A DNA stretch of 64,000 nucleotides from Amphiscolops sp. MND2022 (GCA_964187785.1 OZ076417.1:16306001-16370000); one strand, 5' to 3'; shown: positions 25,197 to 38,100, counted from the first letter of the stretch. Translations and numbers: made by a program. The notes: generated by a model not told the origin, from the letters alone.

Positions 25197-26536
25197 TCAA
25201 CCATTGTAAATACTGGAGTTTTTGATAACTTCTCTGTTGCGATCAATGAGAACGATGGACCTCCTCTCGCCCATCAAAATGAGACGAATTGGTTTTGTTG
25301 TTGCTTTGGAGAACTTCAGCTCTAGAGCCAGCCGCGCGCCAGTGAGTTCAGGACGAATTGTGTTGTCCTCGATGTGGTAATCAGCAGTTAATTTAAAAAT
25401 CAGACATAAATGATTATTGAAATTGTCAAGAGTGATACCGTTACCACCATGTTCAAAACCAAGTGCCTTCAGAGTGTTGTAATAGGAACGAACGAGATTA
25501 TCATTGAGATGCAAAGGCGTGGCCCCTACAAGTGCTCCCTCTCGATTGATTCGTACAGTCTCGAGGTCCATTTGCTGAAAGTGGAAAGGATTTGTTTCAA
25601 AATTACTACTGAAGCTAGTTTCCGGCACCAAAAACAACACCAATCGACTTATCGGAGCACGGTTGAAGAGGTCGTCTCTGTAATACATAGTGACGCAGCT
25701 GGAGATTAGGAAGGACTTGGGGACCATCTCACGAAAATTGTATTGAGCGGCTTTTTCGGACAACATTCGGTCGATTGTTAGAAAAGTCTCATTTTTCAAT
25801 TCCAGCTTGTGAACCAACAAAGAGGCGCTTACACTTTGTAAGGAGAAATCACCTGCTGAGTCTTTCGCACATCCTTCATGGACCAACACAAATTGGTCGG
25901 GTGCGCGATGAAGTCGAATTCTGACCTCGACACCAGGAAGTAAAAACTTATGATTGTCTGCCAAGAAGTTATCGGCAATTCTACCGTAAAGACTCTTTAC
26001 TTTGACTCTTTACGTCCAATTTTCACCTAGTTTCTCCCTGTTGCTGAATCACCATTAGTGTCTCCAGGATTTGTTTCGAAACTGTACCCTTGACAGCGTA
26101 GCCAGCCTTCTTTACACGAAGCGTTATGCGAAAGTTCTGCCTCAACCAACGCTTTGTATGGATATAAATTGTTTGCTGACGACACTGGTGTCCCGTTAAG
26201 GGAAACCTCTACATTTTGGAATAAACTATGCATTAAATTGTTAACAAAAACAGGTTTCTTATCAGTTACATCGTCAACATCACCTCTGCCAACAAATTTC
26301 ATTTTGACTTCCAATTTAAGGAAAAGGTTAACCAAGTCTATTACTGTACCTCCAATGTCGGTTTTGGCCCCATGGAAATCAAACTCCAACACCGGCCCAT
26401 CCGCACTGTTTGCAGTGAAAATTTCCTCATGATAACCCCGTTGAAAATCGACAAGGATCTCAGAGGTCCCAAACAATGACAGTCCTGAATGCATGCCAGG
26501 TACTGGTGGCTCGGAGTAAATAAATGTATCAGGCAT
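25197..26536 (-). pseudogene. Major capsid protein (double jelly-roll, PY/hexon), split near 26000-26030
   Basis: VNNLMHSLFQNVEVSLNG...NNLYPYKALVEAEL, LYGRIADNFLADNHKFLLPGVEVRIRL, and NGITLDNF...CLIFKLTAD are typical Maverick MCP motifs. Confidence 0.9.
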
Positions 26537-26784
26537 AATGAAAAGTGAAGTATAATTAACATTTCAAAGTTTTTAATCTCAGTTATCGTAGCAGACGAAA
26601 AGATGGTCAGGCGCGATCAACTATTGAAGCAAAAAAGTCTTGCCGGCTTCTTTTTTTTTGATTTTGTTTTCCGTCGACGGACTGGTTTCCGTCCGATAAG
26701 AGAATCAAGTGACGATTTTTTTCTTTTTCAAAGGTTTCCGACGACGCTGTTTGCTTTTCTTCTTCTTTAGCTACGATTTCTTTT

Positions 26785-27120
26785 TTAGTTTTGGGTAGCG
26801 ACCTTTTTTCCCCGAGGAACGCCACTAACACGACGCCGGCGACCGGAGCACATTTGTTGTCGGATAGTTTTTTTAATTGCATTTTTCATGGCTGCTTTTG
26901 GCTTTGTACTTCCGTCCAAAAGGTTTATAACTTCTGGCGCTGCCTGTTGTAGAAAAGACTTTGCCACAGGAATACCATAACGCTTAACCATGGGAATGAC
27001 GAAGCCTTTGAGGCCAGCTTTGATTGCGGTACCTTTGCCGCTACCGTATTGGCGGTATGGTGATCCTTGGAAGTAATTTAAAGTAGGATGTTGTGGTCTG
27101 TTGTGATAAGAATAGCTCAT
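26785..27120 (-). CDS. Cupiennin-like / adenovirus pVI-pX-like core protein; basic tail probably continued to ~26580 before a stop arose
   Basis: YFQGSPYRQYGSG (FxG...QxGxG putative protease site), followed by an amphipathic Lys-rich helix and an Arg/Lys-rich C-terminus. It sits directly upstream of MCP. Confidence 0.7.
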   Translation of the reverse strand: MSYSYHNRPQHPTLNYFQGSPYRQYGSGKGTAIKAGLKGFVIPMVKRYGIPVAKSFLQQAAPEVINLLDGSTKPKAAMKNAIKKTIRQQMCSGRRRRVSGVPRGKKVATQN

Positions 27121-27337
27121 TACACCTCCAGGTTGACTTTTTTGCAGGACACAAAGGTAAAGCAACCAATTTGGTCTGAAGAGAATACAATTATGAATTA
27201 GGATTTTTGATTTGTTTTTAAAAAATGGCCATTGCTGCAAAGAAAGCAGTGGTAACAATCATGCACTTCTGAAACGCTTAAAAGCTAAACAAAGGAAATA
27301 AATACCATGCGTGTTATGATAAGGAAAATGGAAAAAA

Positions 27338-28168
27338 TCAAGTCTTCTTTCTCAATAAAAGAGTTAATGTTGTTCTTCCGATGCCAACGAAAGGTATCAG
27401 ATCTCCTGTATCAGTGCGTAATTCTATCAGCAAGTCGGTCAAAGTTTTCTTTGACACTTTTTTGAATACTGGAGTTGAAAAAGACATGAAAGAACAAACG
27501 CCGTATCCGAAACTCCCCCCAGGTTTCTCTTCCAAATCTCTTGGCGGCATCTGCTGAGGGTTGAACAAAGGGAAAGTGTTCAATAGAGGCGCTCTACTGT
27601 TTCCAACAAACTGCTGTTCTTTGAAATCGCCATACACGTAAACTTGATGCCAATGATGAAAATCAACTGGGAAATAGGATGGCATGTCATGAAAATGAGG
27701 TGGATGCTTTCAGGGTGACTTCACCCGCTGACATCCAAGAAAATGGAAAAGATCGGGCGACATATTTGCTAATTCGACAGTATTTGGGTAATTCAAAACA
27801 AATTTGTTTTCGGTATCGATTTTCCAACTGAAATAAACTTTCAACTTTTCTTTATTCCATGCCCCTCGCGCACGATGAATGCTTCTATTCATCTCATCAA
27901 TGATTTCCTGCACGTCGTTGTAAACACCCCTCTCAAATTTCCAGTTTTTGACCCACTTCTTTCCACCTACATCCCAATAGAAATGAAAGTAGGAGTCGCG
28001 TACGATATAAATTGTCCGGGGATACGCTATTTCCGTGATCGCAACCTCCCACGGGCCATCAAGTTCAATGGAAATCGGGAGGCATGTCCTGAATGAAGCC
28101 AGAGTGTTCGACTGATACACATCAAGGGAAGCATTAGAAGAGAGTGTGATTGTGAAGGACTCACTCAT
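27338..28168 (-). pseudogene. Minor capsid (penton, PX), split near 27690-27710
   Basis: MSESFTITLSSNASLDVYQSNTLASFRTCLP..IELDGPWEVAITEIAYP and VYVYGDF..QQFVGNSRAPLL...ELRTDTGDLIPF. Confidence 0.9.
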
Positions 28169-28273
28169 GCTACCACCAGTTACATTACTTGACCAAAAAC
28201 ATGGAGGCTTGATGGTAGCTTAATTTAAATAGTGGTGGTGTCGTAGACTGTGCTAAAGGGTAGCAGCTACAGC

Positions 28274-29305
28274 TCAATTTAGGATACGTTGATGACGCGG
28301 CCGGCTCCTGTTCTGTAGATAGTTGAAATGAGTGAGCTCGGAGGTGTAAAATCTTCCCGAAATTGGCTCGCCTTTGATATCTTCCAATCTGTAAGTCCTT
28401 GCCAGTCCAGTTTTCGTAGCCTTACAAATTTGATGAACTTTAAAAACTTCATTGGTGTACTGTTGTTTGTAGCCTTTCCGGAATGGCATGTTTTTCAGCG
28501 CAATACGTACTCGATCACCGACTTCAAATTGAGGTTTCTGCGGACGAGTCTTTGACTTTTCAAATTGGAGAGCAATTAATTTGGGAACGTCTTCAGCAGT
28601 AACATTGGCAGCAGGCATACCAATGGCGCGATTCTAACGCCTGTTTACAAGAGAAGCAAATTTTGGAAGTAGATGAACGTACTTGAAAGTTCGATGTTCT
28701 TCGAAAAACTTGTAGAGAATAGTTTTCAGTGTCCTGATGTAACGCTCGGCCATACAGCTTTTTGTTTCACTGAAAATACTGTAAACTTCAATGTCGTTAT
28801 CGTTGCAAAATTTCAAAAATTCACCCCTGAACTCTTTGCCTTGATCCACCCATAGCTTAATGGGTAACTGCATCGTCTCGAAATTCAACTTTTTCGCAAA
28901 GGCTGCGTTAGCAGCTGCAGCTGTTTTGTTCAACATCGGTTGCACCCAAATGTTTCTAGAGAGCGTGTCCACCGCAAGAAATAAGTATTTGTTACCATTA
29001 TTAAAATTGGCCAATTTATCCATATATGCCACATCCAGTGACCAAACATGGTTAATGCCAAGCGATACAACAGGAAAGCGAGCGAATTTCCGTTTTGTCG
29101 CCCTGAACTTTGTGTACGTCGACGACGATTGTAGGTAAGCCAAGACCTTAGAACGTGGCAAGCCACTTGCTTCCACCAAATTTTTATTGCTGCCAAAAGC
29201 GGCCGGGTCACTTGGGGAGGTATAGATTCCATGGAGTTTACGATATTCTGACTCAGTCAGCTTCCTCTCCTTGACATTTCGATGCCTGCTACGTTCGAAA
29301 GTCAT
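28274..29305 (-). pseudogene. Retroviral-like c-integrase (INT) with one internal stop
   Basis: WSLDVAYM, YLFLAVDTLSR, LWVDQGKEF, AERYIRTLK (DDE triad); C-terminal FEVGDRVRI...FRKGYKQQYT.EVF. Confidence 0.93.
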
Positions 29306-29363
29306 TGCATTCGCTGTGTATGAACGTTTTGATTAGTGATGTAGCTGAGACAATTGCGATTGA

Positions 29364-29921
29364 TTACAAGATCGTTGGCTCCTTTTTAAAGAAATTGCCT
29401 TTGTTGGGGGGAATTAAAATGTTCAAAACAAGAAAGTATTCTTGGGGCACCTTTTTTCGATACTGTTGAAGATCGCGGAGAAACTGTAGAATTTTGATGC
29501 TACTCGTTGGCGTTTCATGAGCCAAATTGTTACTCGTGAAAGAGAAGGTAGCATTGGATTTACTGAATCTTATTCCTCTGGTCGATATCATCAGGTCTAT
29601 TAACCCCTGAACTCTTTTTCTGCGGATAGACAATTCATGTTGTGTCTTTTGTAGGTCTTTTTCAGATTCGTTCTCTGTTTTGGATTGCGGTAAAGGTTCA
29701 ACAATTCCTTGGAGCCATTCTTTTTCAGCGGCGGGCGGCTCTTCACTGGAGTTTGATTGTTTTTCAAATGTTACATCGGGCTCAGAGTCCGGAGCATTTG
29801 GATAATGTGTTTGGTGGGTCGTGAAACGTGAAGTAGTCTCTGCTGTAGTACTGTTTATATCGCTGACCAATGAAGTAAGCTCAAGGTAATGAGATAGGGG
29901 AATCAAAACAAATTCTTCCAT
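29364..29921 (-). CDS. Polinton hypothetical protein between ATPase and integrase
   Basis: Intact 185-aa ORF starting MEEFVLIPL; its position is typical of a conserved Maverick ORF. Confidence 0.6.
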   Translation of the reverse strand: MEEFVLIPLSHYLELTSLVSDINSTTAETTSRFTTHQTHYPNAPDSEPDVTFEKQSNSSEEPPAAEKEWLQGIVEPLPQSKTENESEKDLQKTQHELSIRRKRVQGLIDLMISTRGIRFSKSNATFSFTSNNLAHETPTSSIKILQFLRDLQQYRKKVPQEYFLVLNILIPPNKGNFFKKEPTIL

Positions 29922-29982
29922 CTAAATTGATCCCATTGTAATACCAAAAATACTTCGATTCGGCGTGACCCAATTCACAGCC

Positions 29983-31034
29983 TCAACGATGATTCGGACT
30001 GTATAATGCATATTCCCGGTAAAGAATAGAAGAGGGCGACAACTTCGGAAAGGCAATGATTGGATAGTTTTTGGTCCTGTTTACAGTAATGTTGTGTGTG
30101 CCAACAGTGTGATCTTTATAGACACGAGCGTAATTGTTGAAAACTCTTTTAGGAACGTAAAACACAGTCGGTAGAACCTTTATGAGATTAATGAGGATCC
30201 GATTGTCTGGTTTCTCTTTCTTTTGCGTAATGTTGGTGAATGAATGCACTTTTGATCGTTGTTTGTTTTGTTTAATCAGCGTAGTTTTGTCGTCGCTAGC
30301 TGTGCAGATACGAGTGCTAAAACCTAGGGCATCATGACAGTTGGTGCTGAGATCAATCAGCAGGTGTCCATGTGGCACGGATGTGGCCAACTGGTAAGCA
30401 TCTTGAAGGAACGCAGCATCAGCAAATTCCAGTTCGGACCCCAGTAGCCTGAGCTGCCGACATATTCTTGGTGACTTGAGAATTATCAAATGTCTTGTAT
30501 TTTTGTTGACCGTGACACAATAGTCACCCTGCTGGTACAAGTTATGCTTGATAAAAATCACATTGACCCCTTTATGTCGACCAGCAGTTGCAAGATTGGC
30601 GAATGTTGCGCTCTGAAGAATTTCTTCGCACGAGTCAACAAAAAATGCCAATGCTTTTTCATTTCCAAACGTTGTATGGTATTTGCTTTCCTGGGATTGA
30701 TGATCCAAGAGTTTTGAAATCAGTGTATCTATTATTGAATGACTTGTCTTATGAACTGGGGTTTGGTGTTTCTGATTACCAAGTTTTGCAAGGCCGGTTT
30801 CGTTCCCCGTTTCAACCACGTTTTCGAAGAAAACTTTGCTTGGCACATCTTGATAAAATTGTTCGTAAATTGTTTGCCAATGGCGGTAAAAGAGGATAAC
30901 TTTTTCGAACCTCGGCCAGAAAATACCGTCGGAACGACTGGTCAGCATGTTTAGTAAAAGGTGTGTTTTACCAGAGCCTGATGCGCCACAGATACACATA
31001 AAAATGTGATTTCTGTGGAACTTAATTTAATCAT
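29983..31034 (-). CDS. A32/FtsK-family DNA packaging ATPase (probable 1-nt frameshift just after the true start at 31034)
   Basis: Walker A GASGSGKT, altered Walker B (FFVDSCEE), arginine finger AGRHKGVNVIFIKHNLY, and ATSVPHGHLLIDL. Confidence 0.92.
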
Positions 31035-31038
31035 TTCG

Positions 31039-31245
31039 TTATTCATTTGATCTGTCGAGATTATCAGCATTGGGTAACAAGTAGGCAATGCAAGTGGAAA
31101 GAATCTTGAAAAGAGCAGTTCGTTCTTCACAATTCAGTGAGGATACCAATAACATTCTACTAACGGAGAACAATACAAGACCCATGACGAAAAAATCTGT
31201 GAGAAAAAAATGAAAAAAGTTCGGCTTACTTGCCAATTGAAGCAA
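31039..31245 (-). CDS. Small membrane protein, Maverick type, paralog 1
   Basis: Two hydrophobic segments ending ILSTCIAYLLPN. Confidence 0.5.
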   Translation of the reverse strand: MLQLASKPNFFHFFLTDFFVMGLVLFSVSRMLLVSSLNCEERTALFKILSTCIAYLLPNADNLDRSNE

Positions 31246-31392
31246 ATGTCAGACTCCTATTCCACGTCAAAATTTATACTGCAGGAAAGATTCATTGCGT
31301 CTTTTGACTGGTTGTAAAGACTTAGTGTTGCATTTGATTCTGGCAAACAAATTTAGTCATGGTAATCCACGCCTTCAATCTGCGTGTCGGGT

Positions 31393-31890
31393 TCAATCTG
31401 CAACGCTACCGAAGTGTTTAAAACAGCAGGAACCTCGTTTTTTTCCCAGATTTGCTTCATTTGATTGCTGATCGTGACGTTTTTGAGGTGATGAAAAACC
31501 TTGCGCTGTTAATTCCGTTCTTTTTGAGTGTTGATTGGATGATTTCTTTACAGTGCGTTGTCTTTTCTCACTTTGGACTTTCACAGGTACTCTCGGGGCC
31601 GGAATAAGATAGGCTAACGTTGAGCTCAGAATGCTCATATAAATTGATGTATCAAGACACGAATTGTCAGTTATTTCTCGGTTCTGTTTTGTGCTTGCTT
31701 CAGTTTGGGATGTGATAAGTTTCAACAGACAGAATGCGTCCAAAATAAAAATGACAGCAAGTTGTGTCAAAAATACAGCTTGAGAAAACGGTAAGCAACG
31801 CGGTGACTGCCCAATGGACTCACAAAAAGACTCATCACTTTGTCGATCGCTAGCTTTGACCCTCTGACTCTGACTGTGGAGGTCCGCCAA
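31393..31890 (-). CDS. Small membrane protein, Maverick type, paralog 2
   Basis: FLTQLAVIFILDAFCLLKL...SILSSTLAYLIPAP, sharing the L(S)S..AYL.P motif with paralog 1. Confidence 0.6.
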   Translation of the reverse strand: MADLHSQSQRVKASDRQSDESFCESIGQSPRCLPFSQAVFLTQLAVIFILDAFCLLKLITSQTEASTKQNREITDNSCLDTSIYMSILSSTLAYLIPAPRVPVKVQSEKRQRTVKKSSNQHSKRTELTAQGFSSPQKRHDQQSNEANLGKKRGSCCFKHFGSVAD

Positions 31891-32308
31891 CTTGTAAGAG
31901 GTTAATTCTGATGACTCAGGGGAACTTTTCGTTCACGAAGAGGCGAGATGTCGCTCTTTTCAAATCTCGTCTTTATTTGTGTCCTCGTCTGTTCCGTCGG
32001 GTACAAATTGTATCGCAACCATGCATCTTAAAAGCAAATAAACATTATTATCGAGAATCTCTGTACAGTGACTTCGTTAGTATAAGCTGAGACAAAACAA
32101 TACTGAAACAAAGTAGTGAGAAGCCAAAAACAATACATTATCAACAGTATAAATTTTATCCATAGTAATAATGTGCACATAAATGAGAAAAAAGTTAAAA
32201 ACAAACTGATGGGAACCAAACAAAAACATACAGTTAGAAAAAGGTTTGAACAAAAACATGGAAAAAATACTAGCAAACTCTGAACACACAAAAAACATGA
32301 ATTGGACT

Positions 32309-33244
32309 TTATGTCAAAACGCTTGTTGTCGATGTAATGGGAGCTACTGGGGTTACAACCGGCCCCGACAAGTTGTTAATCGTCGAAGCAATGGATGTCA
32401 TTGAATCCGGAGGAAGTTGAAATTCGTCTTCAGATACTTCACTGTCAAAGTCATAGTCACCCATGTTATCATCGCTTTTGTTGTCACCTTGCCCGCTGTC
32501 CGTCTCTGACTGCTGCTCGACAGGAGCACGTATATTAGCTGCCGGAAGGTAGCGCAAGTCTGATGATGTTGAAGATCGGCCACCAGCGATAACTGATGAA
32601 TTGCAGGAGTTTTGTGGCTGGACTGAAGGATTGTTAGTGAGCGTGCTAGCAGCTCGATTGGAGTCAATTGTATTTAAATCTTGTTGCGTCATCCCATCAA
32701 AACTAGATGTGCTCGGCTGTGGGGCGTAACTTCTCAATGTCGGAATTATAGAGGTTCTGGGCACACATCAAGTATTGTTACACCAGATACCGGCAATATT
32801 CAAAAAATGAAAGGATCCGTTGGTATGCTGTGATGTATAGTGCCTCGTCATGTATGGCCTTTCTCTAACCAAAGTGTTTTGGGCTGAATAACCGTAATTT
32901 GCTGTATCGTTAACAACATGATTGGACGTAAAGCCAGGGTGTTGGACTGACATTGTGTTACTGGGCTGCTGGGGGGCTATTCCGCTTTGTAAATGAGAGA
33001 GAAGAATTTGTGACGGCCGGCTGTACATTGGGATACCCCGTTGAAGTCTCGTGTTGTCATTCTGAGCATTCGTGTAGTCACGAAATGTCAAAATGTTCAT
33101 TGCAAGAGGTTTGCTGTGAACTAAACTACAATACTCTTCCCAGCTCATATCAAATTGCTGCGTGCGACCGACAGAATCCAATGGCACTGGCCCATATAAA
33201 CCTCGGGGTTGCTCTCTAACTAGATACACTCTGGGATAGAGCAC
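32309..33244 (-). pseudogene. Polinton accessory ORF (~310 aa, Ser/Thr- and acid-rich), interrupted by one in-frame TGA at 32768-32770
   Basis: ORFs 32768-33244 and 32309-32764 are in the same frame. Confidence 0.55.
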
Positions 33245-33428
33245 TTGTTGAGGGTTATACGAGTAATTGTTGGATTGTGTAGGGAGGTTTTAATAGAACT
33301 GCAATGCAATGCGCAAAGAATCTGATAATGGAACATAAGCGGACATGGCTTTTGGATGTCAATCGCTGGAGCAATTATTTGAGAAGTGCGCCAAAGTATC
33401 TGAAATGAGTGGAATACCTGATTTTTAA

Positions 33429-34034
33429 TCAAAAGAAGAAGAAAAAACCTGTAAAATGCCCAAGCCAAAAAACATTTGGTAGTAACTGAAATGGTAGCAT
33501 ATAGTTGTAACTGGGACCCTTCTGACGAGACCGATACAAGTGGCCATAAGCATCATGGAAAACAGCGTGTAACTTCAAAATTGATGATATAGTTGAAAAA
33601 ACGTAATGCGTTCTGACGGTCATTCCAGGTCCAATTATACCGCCCCAAGGTGCACAATGCGACATATCAACCATTTTGAAAATTTTGTTGATAGCACATT
33701 GATCAAAAACTCCTTGACATGTACAAGAATTCGTTTCCACGATAATTACCGTTAAAAACAGAATGTGATTGAAATAAAAACGTCGGGGGACGGAATTGTC
33801 GAGTTGTAGGTGAATTTTCCGGCAAATAGCATCGTGAACGATTTCGCTTTCGTAACTTGCTGCAATCGCTTTGAGGCAATAATCAGCCACGATCTCATAG
33901 TTAGTTTTTGTGCAATGCCTGTGGAATTTGCGGGCAATTTCAAAAAACAATTCAAGTTTTGACAAAGTCAGCGCAAACTTGTCTGACCGCTCCAATGTAT
34001 TGAAACTGAGCAAAATGGTCTTTTCCAAAAACAC
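33429..34034 (-). CDS. Putative phospholipase A2-like accessory protein
   Basis: GGIIGPG followed 22 residues later by HDAY, resembling the parvoviral/adintoviral PLA2 pattern YxGPG...HDxxY. Confidence 0.45.
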   Translation of the reverse strand: MFLEKTILLSFNTLERSDKFALTLSKLELFFEIARKFHRHCTKTNYEIVADYCLKAIAASYESEIVHDAICRKIHLQLDNSVPRRFYFNHILFLTVIIVETNSCTCQGVFDQCAINKIFKMVDMSHCAPWGGIIGPGMTVRTHYVFSTISSILKLHAVFHDAYGHLYRSRQKGPSYNYMLPFQLLPNVFWLGHFTGFFFFF

Positions 34035-34204
34035 GCAATACTAAATAATCGAGTACTAGATTGTGGAAATAAAACCAATGATAGCCGACTTTTCCAAGAA
34101 AACATGGGGAAAAAACTCGCTGGGCCAGCTAAAGATTTGAAATAAAAATAGAAATTAGACGAATATTTTATTACAAGTAACCACCACGGACAACGTAAAT
34201 ACCA

Positions 34205-35115
34205 CTACAGACTCTGGTACATAGGGATACAATGAAGTTCCCAAAGAACACAGGCCTTCATTTTGGGGGCTCGCTTCGGAAAAAGCTCTCTGTTTGCATA
34301 GTCTGCCGATTGTCTTTTTCGCTCCATTTTCATTGCGTAATTGAAGGTATTTCCAACGATTGTGGTGAAACCGTCGTCAGCAGCACAACAAAGCTGGTCC
34401 ACAAGGAGTAAGGACACCATACATTTCTCTGTTGAACTGAAAAGCTACGAAATTCTTTGTTTTTCAAGTCGATGCTGAAAAATTTTTGTATTTGGCGAAC
34501 AACTGCTTCAAGTTGCCAATTGATGTTGGTCTCTGTAGTAACAACTGGGTCAAGAGGGTCTCTAAATGTGTCAATAGGTAATGTTGAGGGTGAAATGGTG
34601 GCACTCGGCAAATCTGCGCTTCTCTCAATGACGTTCAGGTTGCCACTGTTTCCAGAAACAGAAACTTGCGCAGCCTCTTCCACTTTTATACGCTTAGCAG
34701 ATGGATTCTTTCCTGCGACTGATTGTACAGAGACATCGTAGCCTACTTTACATTGTTGCCCTGTGGTATTTGCTGCTGGCACATGGACTAAAATGTGAAT
34801 ATGATTGTCGATAGTGGAGGCGTCCCTTGGCTCCGGCAAAATGTAACACCGTCCAGATGGGAACCTGTCATTTTGTATTTGCGGTGACACATCACAAATG
34901 CATCACACTTCATCAAAATTGTAACCGCATTGTCTGTAACAACTGAAAAGATGTGCCCCCATTAGATAATCGACAATTCTAGCAGCGAACATCTCACATA
35001 ATTTTTCCCGTACGTACAGACATTGCTTCACTGCTTTGTCTTCAGAGTTTGGGTTCGGGTAAAAAACGAAATGGGCATAAAAGGACGATGATTTACGTCG
35101 GAATTCCATTGACAA
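34205..35115 (-). pseudogene. Polinton accessory ORF with a Cys cluster, broken by one stop and one frameshift
   Basis: 34903-35115 and 34330-34890 are in frame across a TGA (CYRQCGYNFDEV*CIC), and 34205-34420 continues in another frame. Confidence 0.5.
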
Positions 35116-35149
35116 AAAGTCTGAAACACAGCAGTTCGTTAATTGGGCC

Positions 35150-38100
35150 AGTTTTGATTATTAACCAATGAGGATGTTTAATCCAGATGATCAATCGAGA
35201 TTTAAGCACAAATGTTATTTTCAAAAGCAAAGTAATAGCCACACAACAAAGACGAATGTTCTACAAACTTGATAAAAGTTATGTATGTCTAAAATGAGAA
35301 GTTATTGTTCAACCGACGTAACCAAACGGTGTAGATTCGCCGGAATTTGTGTTGAAAACACGTTTCTTACTTGTGACTCGGGCTCGTTTTTCACAAAACT
35401 TGATTTTCAGTTGGCCTGTTCAAACACAACGACTCAGACTACTGTAAGGACTTCGCAATTCATGAGTCTCACCAAGCACGAGTTTTCTGAAGGTATCGGG
35501 GTTGAATGTTTTCTCTGTAGCCCTATTCAGCGTTACACCCTTGACTTTGAAAAAATTATAATCCAGTCCTGTTTTAACGTTGTGACCAGACAAGCAATAA
35601 AACTTTGACCCTGCACTCCAAAACTTGTCAATCAAGACATCAGGAGGCTGTTCATCGGTCATTTCGCCCAATCCACTCCCAATTGAGATATCCGGGGAAT
35701 CGGTCAGAGATTGATCGTGGACATACATGGACACAATCGTGGACGAGCATGTGCAGTTGTGAAGGCAGCAAGAATCACATTTGTCTTCCGTGGAGCGTCT
35801 GCCGCGTCATCAATGAGTTGATATTGTAGCAGCATCAAATCATCGCCCACTAGAGTCGCATCAGTAACTCTTTTTGTTCGCGATGTGAAATAGTCCACGA
35901 CCTCTCGATAGTTGTTGACGTACCTCGTTTTTAGCATATTATCCCGCATTCCGAGATAAGAAGCTGTTCAAAAGTATTTTAGCAATAAAGCGTAGACCTT
36001 CGTTTTTCTCTATCCTCGCAGGGTCAAGTGAAATGCCTTCTTTCTTCTTCATCTCCTGAAGGTAACGCCTCTTATGCTCGCATATCATTTCTGTCGATGA
36101 ATCAGAATTCATCTTCTCTTCACAGCGGCATGTTTTTGGCCAACCAGATGCCTCCATTTTTATTTTCAAAAAGTTATCGATATATTCTTTGAACAATGTC
36201 ACAGACCTTTTTGCTCTCGACCAACACCAAATCTTTGCTACATCTATCACTCGGTATCCATTTTCCAAAGCAAGCTTAACTTCTGGGGTAGCAAATGTGC
36301 CCCAGAAACTCCTCTCTTCTACTTGGCGATGAACACACTTCTTTGACGTCAAGTCCACACTCTTTTTGTCAGGCATGCTGGATTTTTTTTCAACGCAACT
36401 TCGACATAGCGGTAAAAACAGTTTCGATTGAAATTTGAATGGTAAAATGGGTAGATGTATATCAGACGGTGGCAGTACTTGGCATTTTATCAGACCAAAA
36501 TAATCCTCGTTTTTCAGTTTTAATTCAACAAAAATTAAGGGGAATTCCAAAAGCGTTCGTTGCGAGAACTTTCGGAACCTCTGTGGTGGAGGCAGAGAAT
36601 GTGATTGTTCAGCTTTACATTGATCTCCTCCCGAATCCCGTTCGTTACTGGGCATTGTAAGAATCCTGTCAACCCGATCCAAAAATTTAAACTCCACAGC
36701 TTTACTTTGAGCTACATTCACATCCTCGTCAAAGCAACTTGTTTGAGGCGGTTTTTCATTGGCAGAGTTGCTGTTATTCCGAGCCTTTTCTTTACGCGCA
36801 ATCGATTGTTGTTGCTGTTCTGTAGCAATCAGAATCAAATCAGGATGCCCTGAAGGGTACACTGACCTCAAATTCACATATGGGTACAGCGAACAAACAT
36901 CGACATACTTGAAGGTCTGAGACTGTAGTTGTCGAGACCACTTCATGACAAAATTTTCTGTTCTTCCTCCAAAAAAAGCGTCACGAGGCTTTAACGGACT
37001 GTAACGAATGCTGTCATTTGACATCTGTTGCAGTAGTTTGATGCTCCTCAGCCGATACAGTAAGTTCTGATGTATTACACGACTTTATTCGACCTGCTGG
37101 ATGTCATCGGAAATGCTCGAGCGGGAGCTGCCGAGTCTTGCTGCTACTGACCTCGGCAAATGCGTCCACGTTGTATCAATTCCTTCATCGTCTTCAGATA
37201 TGGACAGTTCCAACAGTTTTTTAAACTCACATTCCCAAATGGAAAATATACTATGCACAACAAAACGTAAGTTATCTGTTGTTGTGAAGAATGTGCCGTT
37301 CGAGATTTGAGCTGATATCCAGTCCAGTCTGTCCAAAACTGTTGTGGTGTACAAATCATGCATTGTTGTAGCATTTTGTTTCTTGTTAACCTCATCTCGG
37401 TCTGTAAAACAAGAAGGACACCCGTGGAAGTAACATACAAAAAACTCCAAAACTATCGACAGTTGTGGTTTCTGGACAACACTCCCACATGTGGTACTCT
37501 TTGATTGAGAAGTTCGTTTGTACAGAAGAAGTCCGTCTACTTTGAATGATCCAAGTCGCTGCTCCTTACCTCTGCCTCGCTTCAATCCTCCGCCTGATTT
37601 ATACAGACGAATACTGAACTCGTTTGACTTCCGATAATTTGCAACTTGTTCCACCCACGACAGCCAAACGGCAGCCGGGAAAGACGTTAACTCATTGACC
37701 GTGTAACCGTTCTGAGGGAGGATTGTGATGGAGTCCTTCGGCATGAATAGTTGTCTATAAATGAAATTACATCCTGATGCTGCTATGCAAGCGACTTCGA
37801 ACGGATCTATTCCGCTGCACACTTTCTTGATTAATGTTCTAAACTTCAAAAAATCCTCTTTGAGTAGTTTAACATCTGGCTGACAGTACGACACGAGTTC
37901 TTGTTGAAAGTCGTAAACGAGCTTCTTAACGTTATAAAGCTGGGTCTGTGCTGAGTGCCATTCCAAAAACGTACTCACCGTTTGCTGTCCTTTCATCGAA
38001 TTCAAAGCAAAAAGGCACGCGGGTGGAAATTGGCCTTCCTTGAGAGCAAACTCTTGGCATTCTTCTTCTTGGTCATTTCCTGCATTGAAGCAGCTAACAT

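Noticed and set aside
32028-32298. Hydrophobic ORFs in the Polinton
   Set aside because: Overlapping frames of a T-rich stretch (minus strand) all give hydrophobic peptides, most likely a compositional artefact.
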